A DNA stretch of 64,000 nucleotides from Candidatus Omnitrophota bacterium. Its GTDB lineage: Bacteria > Omnitrophota > Omnitrophia > Omnitrophales > Aquincolibacteriaceae. The first letter of the stretch is position 1, and every line of letters starts with the position of its first letter. Positions 1 to 8,698 of the stretch are shown here, in pieces. The position numbers and the translations under genes are program-made. The stretch is taken from positions 482-64,481 of the forward strand of contig JAUYMS010000024.1 of NCBI GenBank assembly GCA_030698625.1, written 5' to 3'. The notes beneath the pieces are model-generated. The model was given only the letters and a program-made list of their open reading frames with translations. It was not told the origin of the DNA and did no database searches.

Positions 1-1
1 C

Positions 2-3000
2 GGCATGTTTTCTTCCCAGGAAGGTTCCTCCCCCCTCGATTTCATGTATGATAATGGCATTTTCAATCACCCGAGCTGCCCTATCCGCTCCAACCCCCAT
101 AACCTTCAACGCCGCAGCAAGGACCCCTCTAGGGTCCTGCCCGGTTAGAACCGCGTGACTTACCAGCCGATGCAGGACAACCGCGTCCCACTCCGTTTTG
201 AGCGTTAAAACAGGGCCGATCTTCCTTCGTAATTCGTCCACATCTTCTTGCAGCTGTCCGGAAATCTCATACTGTGAAACATTGCCGAAATCCTTGACGA
301 CCAGATTCTCGTCAAACCGGCTGAGGATATCTTGCACTCGAGCCTCCCGTGGGCCTTGCGGCTGCGCGGCAGACCCGATAGCCAGCGCTGTTTTGATAAC
401 GTTGTTCCTCTCCTTTTCTGAGAGGACAACGATCTTTTTGTCATCGCCGCGGAACAACTCTTCGAGCCCCTTCATCAGAATCGTGTTGTCCTCACTGGTT
501 AGCATCTCGATCCCCACTGCAAGCACCAGCAACAATGCCTTCCGGTCCTCTTCAAGGGCCCACTGAAGGCTCAAGGCTCTCCTTTTCTTCTCAATAGCCT
601 CCATAACACCTACGATAGAGACGATATTTAAATTGGCCTGCTGCCGCTTTTCGCGTGCGGCACCCGAGGTGTGCATTGCCGAAAAAACATCCTTTGCCCT
701 TTCTAACTTACCGATAATGTCATCATGCTCTGAGGAAGTAAAATTATCACGCCCGCGGAAATCAGTTCCCTCGGCCAGCCATCGCAGCGCATCTCCTTCG
801 GTATCTTCCCTAAGTTCGGATCTTTCGGTACTCTCATCGAAATCGACGGTAACGACGAGGACGTTTTTGCTGGATTTCGGTGCTTCGACGCCCAGATTGT
901 CAGCCTTTTCAACATAGGCGCGAAACTGAGGGGCCTGTGACCGTTCGGCAAAATATTGCATACGAAACATCGTAAGATTGTCGAGTAAAAACTGTTTCAC
1001 CGCAGCGAACCCTTTTTGTTCGTAGAACTCTGCCGGGGGGTCACCAAGGTAGACAACTTCATACTCGCCGGAGCTGAAGTCCTTGCGCCTTGCGAGCACA
1101 ATACTGTCGATCTTGCCCGTCCCAAGACTCTCTTTAGCAAACCGGGAGACTTTGCCCCAATCAGGTGTTATCAGGACGTCGTCATTCTCATTTTCATCCT
1201 GCCTGAGCTCGGAGCGGTTAGCACGATTTTCGATAACGCCATGCGCCTCATATAAACGGTCGTATTCCGTTCTGTTGACGGTAAAAACACCGGTTTGCAT
1301 AACTCCGGCGCTATCCCTGTAAACAATGCTCAAGCCTATGGCGCCTCCGCGTAAGCCTTCAATAGCTTCTCGGGCGATAGGCCGCTCACTACCCTCCCGA
1401 GGCAAGGTCCTGCGCATTCTGACATGCAAAGCGACCGGCGTATCCCTGGCCTTGTCTTCAACCGCCAGGGCCTTATAGTAGTCCGGTCCGTAAATTGCAA
1501 TAATGTCTTGCGGAATAGGCGGTTTTCTTACAGAGCGAGACAAGATCATTTGGAGATTGGGATGAAGGCGGCGGATCGAATGATTGATTTCTTGGATTTT
1601 GTCTTCGAGTGCCTGTGCAGTTATCTCAATGCTCAACCTTTTAAGCTCCTTCACCAAATCATGCTCGGAAACACCGTTGGTCGCCGTGCCCCGTGAGAAC
1701 CTGTAAGCCCGGGCGATTTTCCACCCGGTTTCGTCAAGAGCGAGATTCCACTTCATGCGCAACCTTATTTCACGCAAGCGCTCATTCTCATCTCGGATCG
1801 AAAGCTTCTTTCCCGTATAGCTTGCGCTATGGAGTGCCGCCACAAGATCATCATAGGAGTCGTAACTGTTGATTAATTGCTGATCGAACGCCTTTAACAG
1901 TTGCTGCTCTGCGATTCCCGCAACGTTGCCGACATAGGCCGTCTTATCCGTTAAATAGTACGGGAAATCGAGTAAGTCGTTGACACGATCAAGGGCATCA
2001 AGTATTTCAACTTCCGGATCACCGTTAAAATTTATGTAATCACTCAACTTTTCGATAATTTCGGCAACCGAGGCAACACCTCGCCCATAGGCGACATAGG
2101 TATGTCCCCAAACAATGATTAGATCTCTCGCCATGAGTTCAACACCAAACCGCTCACGTACGCGGGCAAAGGCAAGCGGCAGTATTCCGTGCCCGGATAC
2201 TGAGGCAATCGTTTCCAGGTATTGCTGAGGAGTCGAGCCGTAGTCTTCATCAAAAATCCATTCGGGTTGATCTGCCTCGATGCGTAGAAACGGCAGCAGT
2301 TTTTCATCGATAGCCTCATCAACTTCCGGAGTCGTGAGCTCGCGTCTCGACTCCTTTTGGGAAACCGTTGTCGTTTCTCTAGGTTTCGGCGCCGAGATGC
2401 TGCTCTTCGGTATTCGTGCTTTGGGAGCTGCTACGTGCGCATCGACCGGCACCTCTGCCTCAGATTGAAGCTGTCTATAGGCAGCCGCTCCGTTCAACAG
2501 AGGTTCTAAAACGTCGTCAAATGCGGGGTGCAACTTCCCGATCATCTCCCAGTCATCCGCGTAATCGTTGGCTACCAAAAAGTCCGCCAACACTCTTATT
2601 TTGTCGGCTGCACCTTCATCGTCGGCGCTCTTAAATTTCCAGCCTTCCCACTTTAATTTTGCTGCTATCTCCTGCAAAGAGGGAGTCCGGTCCTGCCCCT
2701 CACCCGGCAGCTGTTGCCAGGCATGAAAAATGGCAACGACATTAGGCTTCAGCTTCCTGGGAACGATTCGAATCGGGGCCCGCTGAAGTTGTGGAGACGC
2801 GTGCCCCATCAACGTGCTGTTAATGCGAACTACAAGCTCTTCAAAACGGCTATCGATGATACCAACCGCATCATCGTGGGCCCCCATGGCCGCAAGACCT
2901 ACCATTATTTCCGGCTTACTCGGAGGCAATTGCTCATTAGTTTGAAGAGCTTGAAAGTAAGCACTCAGGAGCAACCGGGCATGGGCATCGGCCGCTGACA

Positions 3001-6000
3001 ACAACCGCAGGGCTTCTTCTTCGGTAGCGATTGGCAAGGCCTTTGTCTGACGAATGGGATTTTCTAGATATTCATTATTAAGTGCCGCAACTCGGCGACT
3101 CATCACCGGCGGTGTAATAATTGACTCGCCTAGATCTTTGAGCTCCTTGGCTCCGATATAATCGCTCAAACCTCGCAAAAGCGCCGGAAGCGACACATCC
3201 TGCCCATCGGCAATCAGCGCTTGATGCGCCTTGACAAGGGCAAAACTCAGGGGATCGATAAGAATTTCACGAAACTGCCCCAGGGCAACTTCATCCAAGC
3301 TCAAGCTGTATATAAGCGCCACCTCTTCTCCCTCGATTTGATCGCGAATTTGCGCCATGAGCCCAAGGCTGAATTCATACCAGTTTTCTGCGTCGTTATT
3401 CTCCAAATAGCGCAGGGCGATTTTTTGAATTTCTTGTCGAATCACCTGGCGGCGTACATTTTTGTCTGCTTTGGCACGTGTTTCACGGCGCTGGGTAAGC
3501 ACCTGCTTCAGCGAACCGTCCCGCTCGAATCGGTATCCCCGGCTGAATAAGAAGGCCTGCAGATCCCGAGCACCGACACCTTCTCCCAACCATGTCGCAA
3601 GATTCTGCAGGCCGTCGCTCGGGGCAAGCTCTCCCAAATACGGCTCATAAACCAAAAGACTCCTCTGACTCAGGTAGGTAACAACCTTGCTTTGGAGATC
3701 CTGATATCTCTGCTCAATGCGGTCAGCTACCGCATGATAATCACGCACAAACTTATTCGGATTCTCTGCCTTGCGGAACATCTCCCAATAGAAATCTCGG
3801 GCGTCATGCAGCAGCAGCCTTAATGAGAGGCGCTGTTCGTTAGTCATGATGGACTGTTCGTAGCCCTGAACGTTAACTTTGGTTTCGCCTGCGGCATCAA
3901 TAAGTCGTGTCATTTCCTCTTTGGGAAAATCCGAAGGCTCCAGACCGTTCTTCGTTGCCCACACTAAGATGTCAGCCTGCCAGTCCAAATCTCGGAGAAA
4001 ACGGACTAGGGATCGTGTTACCGGTGACCGCCACCCCTGAAGGGCTTCACGCGCTGTGGTTTCGTCAATGTGAACGCCGATGCTGATGCGAGTTGCTAGA
4101 GTCGCAGCATCACCTTCCCGGGCATAATTTGGGTCGGCGGCAATAATGGTAAGCAGGCCGGCTTGTTCAAGCGTGATCTTCTCTGACCGGGCCAATTCAG
4201 AAATGACGTGGAATGCGGGCTCAGTTTTGTCCAGATGAGTTGCGATTCGAGTTTCAATAGCCGCATGAAAATCCGCGTCGGCGTCGGGGAGATCCACGAC
4301 ATGAAGTGAATCAATCTGCCCCCTAATTCTCCCGATCAACGGGCGATCCAAATAATCGTCAATGCGGTCTTTCAAATGCAGCTTGCGTGCTTCCTCACTC
4401 ACAGATCTATGTGTTTTGTGATATTGCTCTTGAAGCTGCTGCAGGCGCTCACGGGCCGCCGCGAGAAAGTCACGGACAATACCGGTCTTCGTCTGCTCGT
4501 CCGCAGACTCGGCAATAGGCGCCATGATTCCGTCGTTCCCATAGTGCGCGCGGGCATAGGCGATGATCGCATCTCCCAGTCGCCTGATCACAGAATCTGT
4601 ATTTGCACGGTTGCCCAAGCCCTGAAGGCCGGTAAGAAAAGGCTTCACTCTGTCGTCCAATCCGCGCTCTCGAACATTGTGGGGAATATCGATATCCATA
4701 ACACCCTGCGCCACAGCGATCTTAAAGGGCCGACTTCGAAAATAGGGCTCTTGTTCAAAGAAATACCTTAACTGATATAAAAACTCGATAAAGGGATCAG
4801 GATTTTTGATGATGGCTTCAAGAGCTCTCTCCGGAAGATCTCGCCCCCAGAAAAGGTGATCGTAAGCACTCCAGAGCGGTTCACTGCGCTTAATCAAATC
4901 ATAGGCCAGAAGTATCTGCCTTTGCGTTTCAGGAGCATAGTGCTCGGCCGTTTTGGATGCGAGGCCTTGGTCCAGCATAACATCGGTGAACGTGTCACGA
5001 ACCGGCACGGAGAGTCGATTCCAGATCACCACATAAAAAAGCCGCCAAACGTCATTGGCGCGCGCCCGTGACTCGCGCAGGTAATCAAGGACTTCATCAA
5101 CCGTCTTCCCGTCGCTCTCCGCAACCATCGACACGCTTGCACTCATAGAATCATCCGTTTCAAAGGAGAGCTCCTCCTGAACACCGTATGTAATCAGATC
5201 TTCGGCGGCAATCTTTGCGGCGAGCTTTTTAACGTTTCGGTAGTCCTGTTCGGCCAACGTCATGATGCCTTCGACGGGAAGATTGTCCAAGAGCTCAAAT
5301 GGCTGGGTATCGCTCTGCAACACTTCTGTGTTAATCCGCGCCAACAAATCCTCCACCTCCGCTTCTTGCCATTCCCTGTCCTCCTCACCCCTTCCCCAAT
5401 TGAGAGCTATCGTCAACTCCTCTTTAGACGGCTCCGCGGCATTTCGTCTTTCGTCTCGAGCACGGAGGCGACGGGGATCCAACTCATCGAACTCGGCCTC
5501 AGATCTTTCCCGATAATTCTCCTTGTAGGCCCGAATGGCATGGTAATGAAGCAGGACAGTATGTCCGCCGTCCATGATGGCCGGATCATAGGCATTGGGA
5601 GGATTCACGGGAATGGTAATGACATCCAAGTCGATCACGGCACCCGGAATCTCGACGGCCGCAGCCAACCTTTCCATCTTTTCACTAAGCGGTGCCCGCA
5701 CCTCAAAATCTACGCGCCCCTCTTTGGCATCAGATATAATCTCAAACTGATCCGCAAATGGCTCAATCGCTTTCAACACGCGGTCATCTTCAATAAACCC
5801 CACGGTCGGAATCTTGGCTATTCGCGTCGCCAAGTCCAAAACATCTTTAATACGGTCACTCTCAACCGCGAGAGCTTTCAGAGCCTGACTGACGGCTTTG
5901 GCATCAACGCCCTGCTTCAGGAGGTCATAACCCATGACAACAGCAAGCAGGATCGCTTGCTCGACAGCCGCTTCGGGAAGCGTGTGGTCTTCAACACCTT

Positions 6001-8608
6001 GAAGCTTCCTGATATCCGCCATAAGCCGCACGGCCAGATTCTTGTTCTGCGTCGCCAGAGATTTCTCAGTTGGGCCCGATTTTGCTGACAAAACCGCATC
6101 TGAATATTTTACAGCTTGCTGAAAATCAGCCAGCGCATCATCGTACCTTCCTTCGGCCATTAATACCTTCCCTTGTTCCCCGTGAAGGGCTGCTAGCTCT
6201 AACGAATCATCTTCAGTTCGCAATTCTGAACGCTGGCTGCCAGGCGATTGCCGGCGCCGAATATAGATCACGACGAGCGTGGGCAGCTTCTTATCCTTTT
6301 TCTTGACGGCGTGTTGTTCAACGGAAAGTTTGAATCGGAATTTTTCGGCGTTCGACACTTGAACTTTCTTCCGTCGTGCCCTAGCGGAGTCTGCCGCTGC
6401 AGACGGAGCACTCAGGTAGGTATCATGCAAGTTTTGGAGGTGCTGCTTCAAGTAGCGCGAAGGCGAGCTGTGGAAGCTCCTCGCCTCGTTGGCAATGTGT
6501 GTGATTTGATCTGAGAATTTCCCGGGCCGATACTCAGATTGTTGCAACATGACCACTTGATCGATTCGACCATTCAACAAGAGGTCACGAGCCTGCTCTT
6601 CGACATCAGCCCAGCTCTCAAGGTCCCATGGCCCCACATCACCTTCGTCCTCATCGGCGGCCCTCAACTCCGATCTGACGGGGCTGGCCTCTCTAAAAAA
6701 TGCCTCGGAGAACAGTCTCGGTCCAGACGCAGTAAAACCGACATAGAATTCACCGCTTCTGACCGCCTGTTGATTGAGCCAGATAATCCAGAGAGGCTGA
6801 CCCTCATGCTCATAGGCCTGATATTTCAGCTGTGCGTGACGCCGATAGGCGTCGTTTCGATTAACTTGGTTTACGCGAGCCGCGAGATTAGCCGGATCTT
6901 GCACAAGACGACGGCTCACGGCACTATTGATTCCAAGAGCGCCATGGTGTGCCTCGCGTTCACCGATAAGGGGTTGTGTCACACTCCCGAGCGGCTGAAC
7001 GCGGGAAAAAAAACGGATATAGGATTTCAACGTATGGCGGTCGCGCGTGAGCGTCATCGCGTCATGGTAATGGTCACTTTCTTCCCGCTGCGGAAGATGC
7101 GGCGTAATACCTACGTAGGAGACATCCTGTGCCTTGAATATGTCCGTAAGACCTTCGGAATGAAATCCGCCGGCCACGAGCACCGCTGCCCCGCTTCCGC
7201 TTGTCTTCATCGCCGACAGGGCATGATCAAACATGGCACGCTCGCGCTTTTTGGCGTCACGATAAAAGGCAAGGGCTTCGTCAAACAGATCCTCCAAAGA
7301 CGATACCGGCACCTGTCCCTCTAACCGTGACTCCATGGCTTTTGGTTTAAGCCCGTCAAGCCTGTCGAGCAGTTCCCGGTAATTAGCAGGAATCAGTTCC
7401 AATCGAAAAAGCTGTTGAAGCAGAAGAAAATCCCGATAGAGGCGGACCAGCTCCGTTTCTTCAGGTTTCACAGCCAGCGCTTCTAGAATCTCATTTCTAA
7501 CGCGAGTTAATTCTTCCATTAATTCCCCCGCATTAAGTTCGCTGCGCAGAATGACGGCACCCGCCATTTTGCTGAAATGGGGATAGTCTTGAAACGAGAA
7601 TCCCTGCCCGGATGTCTCATCATAGAAACGATGAAGGAAATCACGGGGGGTCTCTTCATTCTGCGTGCGCACGGGACTGACCGCAGCAGGTTCAAACTGC
7701 TTCATGCCCGAGGCGAATGAGTCTAGACCATGAATACGGATCCAAGCGGAGATCTCGGCAATTTCTTCCCGGACCCCCTCCGCATTCAAGGCTTCCTCTG
7801 CCTTACGGGCAAGAAACAGCCGAACCAGCTGCGGCCATTGTTGCTGCAAACGTGCATCGGTGAAATCAATCTCCAGTTCTCTCGCTGCATAGACGCGTAT
7901 GACATCAAGGTGACGCATCAATTCACCTGAGACGTCCTCATAAAATACCCATTTCTTGAAAAAGTCGCTCAGCTTCTTATTAAAAACTCGAGAACCGCGG
8001 GTGAGAATCTGTGCTTTTGTCCGGGCCAAAACTGTTTCTGCTGTCGCCGATCGCTCAAGGACGCTTCGAAAAGCACGCAAATTGCGGCGATACAAGCTCG
8101 GGTCTTCCACGCCGAATGCCTGAACCGGATCGTCATCATCGGCCAGCATTTCCTCCAGCATGAAGAGCTCGACACCCCCGATCAATCCGTCACGCGCCAT
8201 ACTTTCGGCGGCATCACGATTCCACTGGGGATCGTCGAAGAATTTGAGAAGTCTCGGGTCCTGTTTACCGAGCCCCCCCTCGACCAAGAGAGTGTTCAAA
8301 CCGTATTCCTTCTTGAGATGAGACAGTATATTCTGGATATTCACCTGGGCCTGATACTGAGAATGGGCATCTTCGATGTAGACGATTAGAGGGGCATTCG
8401 GATTGGCACTATGATATCTCTCTTTGACGGTTCCGATCGAATCAGGGATGGTGATCTTGTCGATGACCGAAACTGTGGGCATTTCTTTTGTGATGGCCGT
8501 CGCTACAACCACACCGGGCGCAGCCCAGGCCACGCTCGTAACGGTGAAGCACAGGTTCACCGCCACGGCAATAACCCGAAGAAATGGTTTTATCCTTTTG
8601 CTTTTCAT
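2..8608 (-). CDS. Giant exported multi-module protein, 3'-partial (>=2869 aa): signal peptide, EreA/ChaN/TIKI-like N-domain, RSELR-delimited cargo segments
   Basis: Manual translation from ATG at 8608 (MKSKRIKPFLRVIAVAVNLCFTVTSVAWAAPG...). The frame is the same at every point checked down to base 2 (...NAIIIHEIEGGGTFLGRKHA). The track lists no minus ORF in this frame, which fits the absence of a stop. The N-terminus is paralogous to 8699-22357 (IEDAH, VEGG, RERAM, AGGFH). Confidence 0.9.
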   Translation of the reverse strand, partial: MKSKRIKPFLRVIAVAVNLCFTVTSVAWAAPGVVVATAITKEMPTVSVIDKITIPDSIGTVKERYHSANPNAPLIVYIEDAHSQYQAQVNIQNILSHLKKEYGLNTLLVEGGLGKQDPRLLKFFDDPQWNRDAAESMARDGLIGGVELFMLEEMLADDDDPVQAFGVEDPSLYRRNLRAFRSVLERSATAETVLARTKAQILTRGSRVFNKKLSDFFKKWVFYEDVSGELMRHLDVIRVYAARELEIDFTDARLQQQWPQLVRLFLARKAEEALNAEGVREEIAEISAWIRIHGLDSFASGMKQFEPAAVSPVRTQNEETPRDFLHRFYDETSGQGFSFQDYPHFSKMAGAVILRSELNAGELMEELTRVRNEILEALAVKPEETELVRLYRDFLLLQQLFRLELIPANYRELLDRLDGLKPKAMESRLEGQVPVSSLEDLFDEALAFYRDAKKRERAMFDHALSAMKTSGSGAAVLVAGGFHSEGLTDIFKAQDVSYVGITPHLPQREESDHYHDAMTLTRDRHTLKSYIRFFSRVQPLGSVTQPLIGEREAHHGALGINSAVSRRLVQDPANLAARVNQVNRNDAYRRHAQLKYQAYEHEGQPLWIIWLNQQAVRSGEFYVGFTASGPRLFSEAFFREASPVRSELRAADEDEGDVGPWDLESWADVEEQARDLLLNGRIDQVVMLQQSEYRPGKFSDQITHIANEARSFHSSPSRYLKQHLQNLHDTYLSAPSAAADSARARRKKVQVSNAEKFRFKLSVEQHAVKKKDKKLPTLVVIYIRRRQSPGSQRSELRTEDDSLELAALHGEQGKVLMAEGRYDDALADFQQAVKYSDAVLSAKSGPTEKSLATQNKNLAVRLMADIRKLQGVEDHTLPEAAVEQAILLAVVMGYDLLKQGVDAKAVSQALKALAVESDRIKDVLDLATRIAKIPTVGFIEDDRVLKAIEPFADQFEIISDAKEGRVDFEVRAPLSEKMERLAAAVEIPGAVIDLDVITIPVNPPNAYDPAIMDGGHTVLLHYHAIRAYKENYRERSEAEFDELDPRRLRARDERRNAAEPSKEELTIALNWGRGEEDREWQEAEVEDLLARINTEVLQSDTQPFELLDNLPVEGIMTLAEQDYRNVKKLAAKIAAEDLITYGVQEELSFETDDSMSASVSMVAESDGKTVDEVLDYLRESRARANDVWRLFYVVIWNRLSVPVRDTFTDVMLDQGLASKTAEHYAPETQRQILLAYDLIKRSEPLWSAYDHLFWGRDLPERALEAIIKNPDPFIEFLYQLRYFFEQEPYFRSRPFKIAVAQGVMDIDIPHNVRERGLDDRVKPFLTGLQGLGNRANTDSVIRRLGDAIIAYARAHYGNDGIMAPIAESADEQTKTGIVRDFLAAARERLQQLQEQYHKTHRSVSEEARKLHLKDRIDDYLDRPLIGRIRGQIDSLHVVDLPDADADFHAAIETRIATHLDKTEPAFHVISELARSEKITLEQAGLLTIIAADPNYAREGDAATLATRISIGVHIDETTAREALQGWRSPVTRSLVRFLRDLDWQADILVWATKNGLEPSDFPKEEMTRLIDAAGETKVNVQGYEQSIMTNEQRLSLRLLLHDARDFYWEMFRKAENPNKFVRDYHAVADRIEQRYQDLQSKVVTYLSQRSLLVYEPYLGELAPSDGLQNLATWLGEGVGARDLQAFLFSRGYRFERDGSLKQVLTQRRETRAKADKNVRRQVIRQEIQKIALRYLENNDAENWYEFSLGLMAQIRDQIEGEEVALIYSLSLDEVALGQFREILIDPLSFALVKAHQALIADGQDVSLPALLRGLSDYIGAKELKDLGESIITPPVMSRRVAALNNEYLENPIRQTKALPIATEEEALRLLSAADAHARLLLSAYFQALQTNEQLPPSKPEIMVGLAAMGAHDDAVGIIDSRFEELVVRINSTLMGHASPQLQRAPIRIVPRKLKPNVVAIFHAWQQLPGEGQDRTPSLQEIAAKLKWEGWKFKSADDEGAADKIRVLADFLVANDYADDWEMIGKLHPAFDDVLEPLLNGAAAYRQLQSEAEVPVDAHVAAPKARIPKSSISAPKPRETTTVSQKESRRELTTPEVDEAIDEKLLPFLRIEADQPEWIFDEDYGSTPQQYLETIASVSGHGILPLAFARVRERFGVELMARDLIIVWGHTYVAYGRGVASVAEIIEKLSDYINFNGDPEVEILDALDRVNDLLDFPYYLTDKTAYVGNVAGIAEQQLLKAFDQQLINSYDSYDDLVAALHSASYTGKKLSIRDENERLREIRLRMKWNLALDETGWKIARAYRFSRGTATNGVSEHDLVKELKRLSIEITAQALEDKIQEINHSIRRLHPNLQMILSRSVRKPPIPQDIIAIYGPDYYKALAVEDKARDTPVALHVRMRRTLPREGSERPIAREAIEGLRGGAIGLSIVYRDSAGVMQTGVFTVNRTEYDRLYEAHGVIENRANRSELRQDENENDDVLITPDWGKVSRFAKESLGTGKIDSIVLARRKDFSSGEYEVVYLGDPPAEFYEQKGFAAVKQFLLDNLTMFRMQYFAERSQAPQFRAYVEKADNLGVEAPKSSKNVLVVTVDFDESTERSELREDTEGDALRWLAEGTDFRGRDNFTSSEHDDIIGKLERAKDVFSAMHTSGAAREKRQQANLNIVSIVGVMEAIEKKRRALSLQWALEEDRKALLLVLAVGIEMLTSEDNTILMKGLEELFRGDDKKIVVLSEKERNNVIKTALAIGSAAQPQGPREARVQDILSRFDENLVVKDFGNVSQYEISGQLQEDVDELRRKIGPVLTLKTEWDAVVLHRLVSHAVLTGQDPRGVLAAALKVMGVGADRAARVIENAIIIHEIEGGGTFLGRKHA
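809..6676 (-). repeat. RSELR pentapeptide, 4 exact copies in the left giant ORF (6662-6676, 6218-6232, 1202-1216, 809-823)
   Basis: Codons read in frame: AGATCGGAGTTGAGG, CGTTCAGAATTGCGA, CGCTCCGAGCTCAGG, AGATCCGAACTTAGG. Confidence 0.95.
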
Positions 8609-8698
8609 AAATAGTGAATCGGGGGGACGCGGCCGGTGCCACCAGATCCGAGTGACCTGGTATGTCGGGATAGGAACATCCTGTTCCTGTCCGTGGCG

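Noticed and set aside
7532-7546. RSELN in the left giant protein
   Set aside because: Imperfect, lies inside the conserved N-domain and has no counterpart in the paralogue, so not counted as a boundary motif.
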